Shown here one piece after another: positions 25,918 to 37,468 of a stretch of 64,000 nucleotides of DNA; position 1 is the first letter of the stretch, and every line of letters begins with the position of its first letter. This stretch comes from Microgenomates bacterium OLB23 (GTDB lineage: Bacteria > Patescibacteriota > Microgenomatia > UBA1406 > HO2-37-13b), in NCBI GenBank assembly GCA_001567245.1, contig LMZU01000001.1:14235-78234 (forward strand), in the 5' to 3' direction. Position numbers and translations under genes: made by a program. The notes beneath the pieces were generated by a model. It was given only the letters and a program-made list of their open reading frames with translations, did no database searches and was not told the origin of the DNA.

Positions 25918-27026
25918 GCTAACAGTGTAGTAAATTTACTTTTAAATTTCTTGGTTGAAAACTGCGATAAATGTTTTTTCGCATGTTCACCAAGTGAACG
26001 TCTCATAGCATACTCGTTTTCTTCGTACGAATCAAGTGCTTTTTTAATTGCACTTACAGATTGCGCATCAAAAAATATGCCTGTTGCACCGTGTATAACC
26101 GTCGTAGTTGCACCACCTCGACCAAAGGCAATTACGGGGCATCCGCACGACTGAGCCTCAAGCGAGGTGTAACCAAAGTCTTCTCTTTGCGGCATTATAA
26201 GTGCCTTAGAGGTGGAATAAAGTTCAGCCAGCTGATTGTCGTTGACATTATGCATAAATGTGATGTTTGGTGTAGCGCGGCGGCGCAGTTTTGCACGAAG
26301 TACCCCGTCGCCTACTATGGTAAGTGAGCGCGATGGCATGTTTGCAAATGCGTCGACCACAAGGTCGACGCGCTTATAGGCTACAAGACGAGATACAACT
26401 AAGTATGATTTGAGTTGTTTTGTTTTTTGTAGTGTTCTTGCCTAGGTTGTTACACATGTTTTGCCAGTATGATGTATCAAATGGTGGCAATACAACATTT
26501 TGCTTCTAAGCCGTAATATTTTTTTAATGCGTTGCGCGACCTCTGGAGATACTGCAATCAGCATATCAGGGCGTCGCGCGCCTATGTAATCCCAGTTTCT
26601 GAGGTAATTAATATATGGTCGCATCAGGGTCGATGCAGTGCCATAATCGCGCTGATGCGACCACAAAAAACGCGGTGGTGAAAGAATATATGATACATGC
26701 CGGGTTTCTGGGCGCGTAATAACAGCCTTGGCAAATGCAGAGGTAATAGAAAGAACGTGAGTATACGAACTCAGATTGATTGCTTCAACAGCAAAGGGCA
26801 TAAGCGGCACGCTAAGCACCCTGTTGGCACGAATAAACTCAGGCAGACGATTAATAAATGATGGCTGTATGTCAAACGATTTGGCCCACTGTGCACTTTT
26901 GCGATTGTATACAAGCGTGTACCAATCGGCAGTGGGGTACATAGCAGCAAAAACCTCAAGTACGCGTTCGGCTCCTCCCCATGAATCTATCCAGTCGTAT
27001 ACAATAGCAACTTTTTTATGTTTCAT
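25914..27026 (-). CDS. glycosyltransferase family 4 (GT-B); at least three frameshifts
   Basis: N-terminal ORF 26442..27026 and C-terminal ORF 25914..26360 (EDFGYTSLEAQSCGCPVIAF). The linking segment ...KKYYGLEAK..VVLPPFDTSYW..KSYLVVSRLVAYKRVDLVVDAF can be read across frames. Confidence 0.75.
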
Positions 27027-28120
27027 AGCAGTTTTACATATTGATTATAGGTTTCTTGTGCCATAGTATGAAATGAAAATTTCTTATCTAACAAAGCATA
27101 CTTTTTCTTTGCATTTGTGCTGCCTGTAAGTTTATTAAGATGTAAAGTGAGTTCATTGGTAGAGTATGTAGTAAAGAATGTAGCTTGCGCACACACCTCT
27201 CTAAATACGGGTATATCTGATGCAATAACGGGGCATCCAAAATATGTCGCTTCAACGAGTGGTAGTCCAAAGCCCTCATCTTTAGAGGGGTGAACAAGTG
27301 CACGCGCATGAGCATATACATATGCTCTTTCGCCAAGCGTAAGATTGCTTAATCGTAAAATACTTTGTCTTGATTTCTTGCGTGCTATATAACGATCTAT
27401 TCTTTGTGCAAAATAATCTCCTGGTCCACATAGTACAAGTGGCATTTGTAAGCTAGATTTGTCATAGGCATCTATTAAAAACTCAACCTGCTTATGTGGG
27501 TAATAGTTACCCATGTAGAGCACATACGGACTTTTTAATAATAGACGGGGTTTAGTTGGTGTAGCATGTATGAGTTCTTTATCAACTCCCTCATAAGTTC
27601 TCACAATCCTGTCATGATCAAGTGCTGGAAATATAGTGAGCATATCTTGCTTTACCGCATTAGTAGGAACAAATACTTTTTTTGCATGCTGCACCGCATG
27701 GAGCAGTACTTTTTTATACATATAATGCTTGAAGGTATAAGTAAGTGAGTTTTTAGTAGAGGCTCTTCCGGTGGGGTGTTTGTAGGGTATCATGTCATGT
27801 ATTGTAATAACAAATGGGCGATTGTATAAAATAGGCATGCTGAAATAGCAAAAATGCATAAGATCAAGATTATCTACAAGCAACTGCTTCAGAAGGAGTG
27901 TTTGTTCTGCTAGCGAGTGCCAGTGAGCCTTAGTGTGACGTAGTATTGTATTCGATGGCAGCTGAGGGAGCAAATGCTGGTCTTGAGGGCGTATGTAAAG
28001 CACGAGTTGATATGAGGGTTGTAAAATGCCACTAAGTTCATAGAGCAGATTTTTAATATATACCCCAACACCAGTTTGGGCCAGCAATCGTGCATCTATG
28101 CCAATTTTTTTAATCGCCAT
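27023..28120 (-). CDS. glycosyltransferase family 4
   Basis: 365 aa intact, with the EGFGLPLVEA motif. Confidence 0.85.
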   Translation of the reverse strand: MAIKKIGIDARLLAQTGVGVYIKNLLYELSGILQPSYQLVLYIRPQDQHLLPQLPSNTILRHTKAHWHSLAEQTLLLKQLLVDNLDLMHFCYFSMPILYNRPFVITIHDMIPYKHPTGRASTKNSLTYTFKHYMYKKVLLHAVQHAKKVFVPTNAVKQDMLTIFPALDHDRIVRTYEGVDKELIHATPTKPRLLLKSPYVLYMGNYYPHKQVEFLIDAYDKSSLQMPLVLCGPGDYFAQRIDRYIARKKSRQSILRLSNLTLGERAYVYAHARALVHPSKDEGFGLPLVEATYFGCPVIASDIPVFREVCAQATFFTTYSTNELTLHLNKLTGSTNAKKKYALLDKKFSFHTMAQETYNQYVKLL

Positions 28121-28161
28121 GAATGCTGCCTGACTTTATTGAACTTACAAAATCTATTACT

Positions 28162-29013
28162 TTATAAGTAATAAGGTTTAATATTGAAGGTTTTTGTGCT
28201 GCATAGTGCTTTTTGTAGAAAATTTTTCATTGCATTGTAAAAATGCTGTGTGGTAGCTCGCTTAGTTTTTGTGTCGTATGTTTTTAGGCCACTTTGATGT
28301 TTAAGATGAAGTACAGTAAATACTGGATAATACATAATCTTGTAGCCTTTCTGTCTTATTCTGTAGGCAAGATCTAGGTCTTCACCATACATAAAAAAAT
28401 CTTCATCAAACCCTTTAACCTCTTTTAATAATTTTGTAGAAATAAGAAAGAAGGCCGCAGTGGGTGAGTCAATTTCATGTTTTGTAGATAAGTCTTCCCA
28501 GGTCATATGGTAACCTCCAAAAACTCTGTTGAGTAGAGGAATGGATTGTGAAAGCTTTTCTAGTCCTGAGTAGTAACTTACAGTACGCCATATTGTAGGG
28601 AATCCTCTATGAGATGCTGGATCTATGTGAATGTTGTTAAGCATAACTTTTACGGTAAGGCCGCCCACATTTGGATTTTTTCTTAAATAGTTTATAAGTT
28701 GTGTAAATTGAGTTTTATTAATTTCAACATCAGAATTGAGCAATAAGGTATATTCGCCTTGTGCGCGCCTAATTGCTTGGTTATTTGCTGCTCCAAACCC
28801 TACATTTGCTGCATTTTTTATTACTTTTAACTCAGGGTGTGACAATGCAAGAAGTTCTAACATTTGAATAGATCCGTCAATAGATGCATTGTCGACAACA
28901 ATAATTTCCCAGTCTAGCTTTTCCTGGGAGAGTGAGGAGATAACCTCAGTAAGTGTTTTTTTTGTTAACTTGCAGGTGTTGAATGATACAACAATAACCG
29001 ACAAATCTTTCAT
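28162..29013 (-). CDS. glycosyltransferase family 2
   Basis: 283 aa, with LSVIVVSFNT...VVDNASIDGS...LLNSD. TATAAT (rc of 29020-29025) lies 6 nt upstream of the ATG. Confidence 0.85.
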   Translation of the reverse strand: MKDLSVIVVSFNTCKLTKKTLTEVISSLSQEKLDWEIIVVDNASIDGSIQMLELLALSHPELKVIKNAANVGFGAANNQAIRRAQGEYTLLLNSDVEINKTQFTQLINYLRKNPNVGGLTVKVMLNNIHIDPASHRGFPTIWRTVSYYSGLEKLSQSIPLLNRVFGGYHMTWEDLSTKHEIDSPTAAFFLISTKLLKEVKGFDEDFFMYGEDLDLAYRIRQKGYKIMYYPVFTVLHLKHQSGLKTYDTKTKRATTQHFYNAMKNFLQKALCSTKTFNIKPYYL

Positions 29014-29057
29014 GCAGTAATTATATCAATTTGATGTGTATAATAACGTTGAACCCA

Positions 29058-30297
29058 TGAAAAGAACCTTCGTATACTCACTACTGGTTGTTTTACTAGC
29101 CTCACTATTAATATTTTTTCAGTACCAAGAACTTCCAAAAGGGTTAGCAAACGATGAGGTCGATTTTATTCACCTTGCACGCAATCTAGATGGAGCACCC
29201 TATGTTGCCTATACACCCGAAGCAACAGGTCATGCCACGCTTTATTTTTATGTTATTCTTTTCTTCTTTAAACTTTTTGGTGTAACCCAGTTTTGCGCTT
29301 AGGTTTCCATCGGCTATATCTGGTGTTATTGCTGCACTATTATTTTACTTTGTTATGCGGCAGGCTTTTGCTAAAAAATACATAAACATAGTATTACCCA
29401 ATGTCGTTTTTTAAGCTAGACGTGGCTTTTATAGTAACGGTAATCTTTGTAAGTATGCGTTGGTACTTTAGTTTTGCTCGATTTTCATTTGAAGCAACAT
29501 TCTTGCTTATGCTAGAGCTTATTGCACTCTACGCAATGCTTGTTTTTCGCAAAACTCAGGCGATAGTACCACTTATTATTGCAGCAATTGGCGCTGGTCT
29601 TGCATATAACTCATACACCCCAGGCAGAATATTTGTACTGCTTATGCTTAGTATCATCCTGCTGAGCTCAAAAAGAAAGTTGCTGCATTTTACTGTGTTT
29701 GGTGTGGTTTATGCTGCATTAATTGCTCCGCTTTCTTTGTATTTTGTGCAGCACAACGATATACGAATTCAACAACAGCTATACCTGCAAAATACAGAAC
29801 TTACTCTCACAGAAAAGGCGCAGTTTTTTGCAGAAAACGTTTGGAAGAATATTCGCATGCTCTTTGGTCAGGGCGATGTGAACGGGCGCCATAACTACCC
29901 ATATAAAAGCGCGCTTAACCCTGTTCTTAATCTTTTTCTTGCTTTAGGCATTATGAGCATGCTTAAATCACGAAAGATTTTTTATCATGCTTTATTTAGC
30001 ATGTACTTACTACTTGGTTTGTTGCCAACATTACTTACGTATCCTCATGAAAATCCAAATATGTTGCGTACCTACACAATGCTACCCGCATTGGCCTATT
30101 TTATGGGTTTGGGAATTCTTTGGATTTATGGCCAGGTAAAGAAGGACGAAAAAAAATCACGGCTGGTAACATGGTTTGTGCTGTTTATGCTACTTATCTC
30201 GGTTGTATATGAGGTTCGCTCGTACTTTGTATTTCAAAAACTCGTATACATTCAGGCATTTGATCTTATGAATGTGTTTGAGAATTTACCTAAATAA
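29058..30297 (+). CDS. GT-C fold membrane glycosyltransferase (ArnT/PMT, GT39/83-like); two frameshifts
   Basis: First-loop NDEVDF motif and many TM helices. The frames join if T4 29291-29294 is read as T3 and T6 29407-29412 as T5 (...VTQFALRFPSAISGVIAALLFYF...VVFKLDVAFIV...). Confidence 0.7.
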
Positions 30298-30880
30298 TGC
30301 AGCTCGTCCAATTGTATACCTATGGCTTGTTGTTTTTCGTGTGCCAATGGTTTTTGCAGGCACGCCTGCAGCGATAGTATTTGAAGCAATATCTTTTGTA
30401 ACTACAGCACCTGCCGCAACAACAGCACCCTTATGTATGGTAACCCCAGGTAAAATTATTGCCCGTGGGCCAATAAACACATAGTCTTCGATAACAACAG
30501 GTTCCATAATTGGTGAAAAATCATCCTTATGTATGTCGTGTTCGGCATTATAAATCATTACTTCGCTGGCAATGGCAACATGATTGCCAATAGTGAGGTT
30601 ATGACGACCATCTAATACTGCACCTTCGCCCACAATAGTATCTTCTCCTATGCGAATGTTTCCTGGGTTATGGAATGATGCCCCCATATGCATAACAGAG
30701 CCTTTGCCAATATGCATACCGGCTAGTCTATACAAAAACAGGCGCACTTGGTGTGAGGGAATATACCCAGCTGCGTGAATAAAAAAAAAGCCCCAGCTCG
30801 GCAAATATTGTAACAAAACGGACAATAGATTTATGAATTATCTGTGTATATGTTAACTGATTTCCGTTGCGATCTTTCAT
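30286..30880 (-). CDS. hexapeptide-repeat (left-handed beta-helix) O-acetyltransferase; probable frameshift near N-terminus
   Basis: IGKGSVMHMGASFHNPGNIRIGEDTIVGEGAVLDG...IGPRAIILPGVTIHKGAVVAAGAVV. ATG 30880 follows GGGAG (MKDRNGNQLTYTQIIHKSIV) and joins the track ORF via the T4 run near 30820. Confidence 0.8.
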
Positions 30881-31989
30881 GCTTCTCCCTTGCCGCCTAC
30901 TTTGATAATTGTATCTAGTGTGGCCATCGCGCTTTTTTTCCCAGCTAAAAGATTGTACTCTTTTTTAATCCTTTTTTCACAAGAGACTGGCGAATGTGCG
31001 GCTTAGTTGTTACTTCAATAATCTTGCGCTCAATATCGCGTGGATCGTTAGGGTTAAAATATAAAGCAGCGTCACCACCAACCTCAGGTAAACTTGCAGC
31101 CTTAGATGCAACTACCGGACAGCGATAGCGCATTGCCTCAAGCAGCGGCATACCAAAGCCTCATAGAAGGAAGGAAAGATAAAGCATTCTGCATTCTTGT
31201 ATAAAGCGGCTAACTGGCTGTTAGATACATATCCTGTAAATACAATATTCTCCTCTAATTTTTGCTCCAACACATATTCAAATACGTCTCCAAAGAGCCA
31301 GCCGGTTTTTCCAACGATTGCTAATCGATATGTTGGGTGTTTCTTATGAATTGCCTTAAATGCGCTAATGAGATTTTTTAATGTTCTTCCTGGGTTGTAT
31401 TGTTCCAACATACAATAAATATGGGCTCTTGGGGAGCGAAAATGAAGTAGAGGGGTCGTTGTACCCTTCTGCAGATTTATCAAATCCGTTATGTATGGTG
31501 TGTACCTTTTTTGGAGCTATCTTGTAGTTTTTTAATAACATCCTTTTTAGTTGAATCAGATACAGTAATAATAGAAGCTGCCCGTTTAATGGAGTGTGCA
31601 GACCAGTTAGTTAGCTTATATAAATCTTTTTTTAAAAATTCGTTCTTAAAATACAAATAAGAGGTATCATGGATAGTAACAACTATAGGTACGGGGCAGA
31701 AGCGGGGTGAATAGTGAGCAGGGCAGAACAATACGTCGATAACAGGATTCTTGTAAAGTTCGAGGGGAAACATAACATCTCGCCACAAGGCTGAACCTCT
31801 TACAACTTTATATTTAAAGAATGCACTTTCTTTTGGTAAATCAGGGAGTGGCTTTTCGCGTAAATACACAATAAACTGTGTTTTTTGTGTTGAGTGGGCG
31901 TGAAAATAGCGAAGCATTTCTATGGTATATACAGATACACCAACCTTTTCATGTACATTTGCTTCGTTGCCGTCAATTCCTATGATCAT
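30877..31989 (-). CDS. glycosyltransferase family 4; at least four frameshifts
   Basis: Track ORFs 31489..31989, 31112..31483 and 30945..31151 are N-terminal, middle and C-terminal parts (FPSFYE|GFGMPLLEAM). The reconstructed tail ...FSWEK.AMATLDTIIKVGGKGEA* overlaps the acetyltransferase ATG by ATGA. Confidence 0.75.
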
Positions 31990-33121
31990 TGTATATTGAT
32001 GATACTATTCTAACAAAATTTTTAGCGAAGATCTCTGGAGAAAAGTCTTTGTAGCGAGCCGAACCCTTTTTAATCAGCGATGTGCGCAGTTTTTGGTTTG
32101 AGGCGAGGCGTATGATGGCACTGCTCATATCGGCGGTGCTTTTTGGGTCAAACAATAGAGCGGCATTTTGAGCGATTTCAGTGAGTGACGATGTTCGTGA
32201 TGTAGCAATAGGACATTTGTGTGCCATTGCTTCTATTAAAGGGTAGCCAAATCCTTCATATAGCGAAGGAAACACAAAACAGAGTGCATGTGTATATAAA
32301 GCTGCAAGTTCTTCATCGCTTACATAGCCAAGGAATTTTACAGAGTCGTGGGATAAGTGTTGCATGTTTTCTCCCCAACCTGTGCTTCCGACAACGAGCA
32401 ATTGAGTATTATTCAGGCGCGCAGCGCCAAAGGCATCAACAAGCGCAGGTATATTTTTTCGTGGTTCTAGTTTGCCAACAGTAAGAATGTAAGGCCTGCT
32501 AATTGCATATTTTTTTGCTACAGTTTTCCATTGAGCCGCATGAGATGCTACTTCAAACGGGGGGTATAGTAGGTGTATGCGTTCATCATTAATGTGGAGG
32601 TATTTTTTTACATCGTGCGCGGTGTGAAGAGAATCTACAAATATTCCTGCAGACTCATGCACAATGTGTCGATGTCTACGGCGCTGTGTAGCTGCAATAT
32701 TTGCAGAAATACGCAGGTGTGAAAGCTTAACTGAAGTGCTTTGTGTGGTTGTATGCTGGTGAGTGTATACAATCATATCATGGATGGTTGTTATTTTAAT
32801 TGCCGACTGTGCTGGCGGTTCCGTCCAGTCTGACGTCATAAATATGTCAACATTGCCAACAAACTTTTCAATTGGAGCTATGTGTAAGGTATTCCATAGA
32901 AACGACAATAAAGTAGGGGGTATGCGATATGATTTTAATACATGCGGTTTGCGTATGAGAGATTGTAGTTTTGGATCAATAGGTGTGCGCAGAGATGAAT
33001 AAAAAAACACGTACTCGTTTTTTGTATCGTACTCTATAAGGGCCTTTACTAGCGATGTCATATAGCGAGCTACTCCCGTTCCTTTAAAAGCCGTTTGAGA
33101 AATGTCAATACCAATTTTCAT
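31973..33121 (-). CDS. glycosyltransferase family 4
   Basis: 382 aa intact, with PSLYEGFGYPLIEAM. Confidence 0.85.
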   Translation of the reverse strand: MKIGIDISQTAFKGTGVARYMTSLVKALIEYDTKNEYVFFYSSLRTPIDPKLQSLIRKPHVLKSYRIPPTLLSFLWNTLHIAPIEKFVGNVDIFMTSDWTEPPAQSAIKITTIHDMIVYTHQHTTTQSTSVKLSHLRISANIAATQRRRHRHIVHESAGIFVDSLHTAHDVKKYLHINDERIHLLYPPFEVASHAAQWKTVAKKYAISRPYILTVGKLEPRKNIPALVDAFGAARLNNTQLLVVGSTGWGENMQHLSHDSVKFLGYVSDEELAALYTHALCFVFPSLYEGFGYPLIEAMAHKCPIATSRTSSLTEIAQNAALLFDPKSTADMSSAIIRLASNQKLRTSLIKKGSARYKDFSPEIFAKNFVRIVSSIYNDHRN

Positions 33122-33122
33122 G

Positions 33123-34335
33123 TTAGTTTTGCGAAGAAACCAATTTGGAATATATCTTTTCTAAGTGGCGCGCAACTGTGTCCCAGCTGTATTTGTCTTC
33201 TATTAGCTTGCGCGCATTCTTTCGAATTGTTGCATATAACGTGCTATTTTTGTATAAAAAGTTCCGCTGCGCGGGCAAATTCGTCAACCGTTTGTGCAAT
33301 AATAACATTCTCGTTTTGCGTAACTCCAAGACCACTCACACCTGTGGGTGAAGATATAACTGGCAGGCCAGCAGCCATGGCGCCAAGTATTTTAAGTCGG
33401 GTTCCTCCTGGGCCATATATTGGCGCCAAGAACATTGAAGCCTTTGCATATACTTTAATTACCTCATCGGGGTTAGCAGAGCCAATATCTACAATTTCTA
33501 CACCATTAACTTTTACTTCTCCCAGTTTTTCTAGTGCTCTTTGGCCTGCAATAATGCACGAAGCATTAGGAAGCAGCTTTTTAATAGCCGGGAATATATG
33601 CGTAATTAAATACTCGGCTGCCTCTATGTTCTGCAACCAAGAAAAGTTGCCCTGGTATAAAAAAACTGGGTCTTGCGCCTTTGATTTTTTAGGGTTATAT
33701 ACTTTGAGTAAATCTTCTCCAGCAGCATTTGCGATGATTGTAGTTGGCAACCCGGGTGACAGCTCATGCATTTTTTCCTCATCATCTTCCGAAACAGCTC
33801 CAACCAAACTCGCTCTTCGCCAGAAGGTTTTTTCCCAAAAGCGAAGCTTGAGAATGTCAAAGTAAAAAAATGGTCGTACAGGTATAAACTTTAGGTTATT
33901 AACAAAGTGTTGATATACTCTGTATTCTATAGTCTGCTCGACAAGCAGAATAGGCAGGTTGGTGGGAGGAATATGAGGCATAATGTAGAATGTTTCTGCA
34001 TGTATGAGATCAAATTTATGTTTGTGCAGCAGGTCTGCCACTGTTTTTCGCGCTTCCTCTGAATAATTTCGCACAACTAAAAATGGATACTGACCAAATA
34101 CGCTAGTAGCTATATTTCGTATTGTCCATGGCGACTCTGAACGTTTACACACATGAATCTCCTTACAATAGGGCATTAAGTTTTTTTTATAGGTTTCCTC
34201 ATCTTTTGATTTCATTAGTGCCACTAAATAGATTTCGTGATTTCTGCTAAGGTGTTTAATGAGGTTATATGATCTCACTTGTCCGCCTGAAGAGGGAGGA
34301 TAGGGCAGGTAAGGCGTGAGCATTAGTATTTTCAT
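33123..34335 (-). CDS. glycosyltransferase family 4; one frameshift near C-terminus
   Basis: ORF 33244..34335 plus the tail ORF 33123..33335 (...NSTLYATIRKNARKLIEDKYSWDTVARHLEKIY). They join in the T5/A5 runs near 33250-33265. Confidence 0.8.
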
Positions 34336-34337
34336 TG

Positions 34338-35784
34338 CTAGAGTTTAAATATAAACACATGATTATTCTCAAAAATTAGGTCAAATGTTTTTTTTACTTC
34401 AACAGCAACCTCGGGTTTGTCTGTGTAAAAGTATTGCATTCCCCTGTCTTTCAGGTTCTCTAATGTATCGCTTACACCCGGCATTCCCTTACGGTGTGCT
34501 AAATAAAGTAGAGTTGTATCTCCATTGCGGTCAGTTACCACTGTTGCATCGGCAGGGGTAAGCGTGTTAATAATTTTTCCAATATTCACAAGATCTTCAC
34601 TATAAAGATAGTAATCTTTAACTTTGTAATACGACATTACCCATGAGAACCCTACAATAATACATACAGCTAGAATATTAAATATAAACGCCTGGTCGTT
34701 CTCGATTTTTTTTAAGAAGTCGGGCAAGTCCTGTGCCGCTTATAAGTGCAAGGGCAGGAAGTATGACTGTTTGATAGTAATCGTGCTGCACATTGCCACC
34801 CTGGAATACAAACAAATATACGGTAGCACCAAGAGTAATTAATGGAATAAGCAAGCTTTTTTTTGACCTCTCTATCATGCCAAGTACAGGTAACATCGCT
34901 GCGTAGCCACCCATTATGAGCAATAAAATTCGCTCATGAAAAATCCACCTAAAAAATGCTGGTCTGAAAAATATTTCTTTACGGCCTTCAAATGTGTTCA
35001 CAGAAGTAAGAAGCCATTCAAAACTTGGTACTCCTGCAGGGTAACTTGATATCCACGAACGCCACATAATAAAAGGAATAGCAACGGTTGCAAAAAATAC
35101 ATAAGGTGCAAGTTTTTTAACCATGCGGAATCGGTATTTAATAAAAAACATGTAGGCAAGTGGCAAAAAGTAAAAAATTACAGTTGGCTTTACTAAAATA
35201 GAAGCTGCAGCACACGCCCATGAAAGCACCAGTAACACTATCGATGCCCTATGTTTTGCATGAGCCCACACATAGGCAAAAAATAGTGCCATAAATGAAA
35301 ACCCGAGTGCGGTTGTCTCTGGCAGTACCACTCGAGAGTAGAACACAAAAAACGGAAAGGTTGCATATATAAATGCTGCGCCAACAGCAGCTGTGCGACT
35401 ATGCTCTCGCAATGCAAAATAATAGATTATCGCAATGATAATAAGCGAGAAAAAGATAGATGTAAGTCTGCCATACACCTCAATGGGAACTACGGGAAGA
35501 TACTTATACAAGGCTCCAAAAATTGCGTTGTAAATAGGAAATTCTACAAATCGATACCCTTCTGGGTTGTACTGCCCAGATTGAATATTAGATAAATCAT
35601 CATAGCGTGGAAAGAGCATGTTAAATTCTCCCTCAGCGAAGTTGCGGCCTACAGCGGCTGTGTCTACCTGCCTCCACGAATGCCAGTCTGCGAGCGGAGT
35701 ATCTATTTTGTATAGCCTCAATGCAAGCGCCGCTATTAACAAGATTGTAAGCCAGAATATATCAATTTTTTTAAATCGGACCAT
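34338..35784 (-). CDS. GT-C fold membrane glycosyltransferase (GT39/ArnT-like) with C-terminal extracytoplasmic domain; one frameshift
   Basis: DWHSWRQVDTAAVGRNF motif and about 10 TM helices. ORFs 34678..35784 and 34338..34727 join at the T8 run 34706-34713. Confidence 0.7.
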
Positions 35785-35786
35785 AG

Positions 35787-37468
35787 TTACACGTTCTTAA
35801 TTTGTTTTTCAGGCAGCATTGCCATTCCAGAGAATACTCCTAGCAGTGTCCAAAATAAGTAGGCTACTTTAGATGCCTCGAATACATCAATAAGAACCGC
35901 ATTAATAAGTAAGCCGAAAGTGCCGAAAATTAGGCCAATTATCAAATATCTACCTTCCTCTGAAATTTTATTACGCACTGCGTATATGCCTTTTAGCACT
36001 ACTGCTATGATACTTAAAAATAGTACTGTTCCAAGGGCACCTGTTTCACCAATCCATCTAAAATAGTCGCCATCAGATGATTCGGTTATTGATGATGGTC
36101 CTCCACCAAGAAGGGGATTTTTTTTGAACGCTGCAAGTGCTCTTGGCCAGCTTACTTGTAATCGGGTAGAAATAGAGGTGTCTGCTGCAACTGCAGAGAT
36201 AACCTGGTAGTCATCTTCTGTAACAGCACTACCAGAAGCAAGCTGTCCACCAGCTGTAGCTTTAGCAAGCAAGTCGCGTTTGGTTAGCTGAGTTTCGAGG
36301 GTTACAGGAAGTGTGTTACGTGTTTTAATAAACGCTGTTCCAGCGGGTAGAGATTCTTTTTTAAGTTTTTGTACCACCACTTCTTCGCCCGTTTTTTTCA
36401 TTCACAATAACCTGTCTTATTTGTACTGTCTTTGCCCATCTAACAAAAAGCTCCTTATCTAAAGTAGATAAACCAATAGATAGCACAAGAGCAATTACAA
36501 AATATCTAAACCTGCGTATGTAAAGTAAAAATGGCAGCGTAGATGCGACATATGCTATAGATGAAGTGCGCGAGGCAGTTAAGATAATTGATAACACAGA
36601 AGCAATGATAATAATAAAAGTGAGTGTTTTGCTGAGTTTATTGAACAAAACCAAATAGAGTGTTGTAGTAAAGAGTATTGTGCCCAGAACCATTTGATTT
36701 AGTGGTGAAAAGAATGCTCCGGCTATATCGATGTGGTTAATTGTTTCGTTAGAAATGCCTGCAAGTGTATATGCCATTAAAAGCATTGGCAACATTGCGA
36801 CAGATAGTATGAACATTTTCATTTTTTGTGAGACTTGTATTCTTCGTGCATACATAAATACACCCCACAATAGTGGCAGCATGAGTACCAAATAGGCAGC
36901 AAGATCGTAGTGGCCCGCAAAAGTAGAACTCAAACGTGCCTCTGGTGTAAGAAATAGTATTCTGCCTTTAGCAAACTCCGGGTTCATAGTAGAGATGGCG
37001 GGGAACTCGAAAAACCGCTGTCCAATGCCATATACGTTAATTAAAAAGAGAGACGTTAAGAACGAAAAGAGCAGTTTTTTTAAAGTCTGCCGAAGTTTTT
37101 ATAACAGAAAAAGCAATAAAAAAGAGCATCATATATTCAACTCTGCGTGCTGCGTGTAACAAACCTACAAATGGAAAGTCTATAGTTTTTGTTATGTAAA
37201 CCCCCGATAAAAACGACATAAACACAACTATCCAAAATGCTCCAAAGAGCTTTTTATAGGGCAGGTGAGCAAAGGAGATTTTTTTTCTGAGCAACTGCAC
37301 AATAAATACAAGCACAAGTATTGCACTTGACAAGTCGTCTAGGCGAATTGCTATATAGGTGTAGTTTACAACCCGGAATGGAAATTTTGGGAAAAGGGGT
37401 ATAAAAAAAACAAACAACATCAGTAGCAGTTGCAAGATGTTGTCGTCAAGTTTTTTTAGTAATTTCAT
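35787..37468 (-). CDS. O-antigen ligase/polymerase-like (Wzy_C family) membrane protein; at least two frameshifts
   Basis: Track ORFs 37037..37525 (start trimmed to MKLLKKLDDN at 37468), 36361..36987 and 35787..36401 form one polytopic protein. It has a large loop and a C-terminal ...NPLLGGGPSS..DGDYFRWIGETGALG signature. Confidence 0.65.

Noticed and set aside
33095-33865. 256-aa ORF on the plus strand
   Set aside because: It is antisense to the GT4 gene 33123..34335, has low-complexity Ser/Ala/Pro-rich sequence and no signals. The minus-strand frame has clear GT4 motifs.
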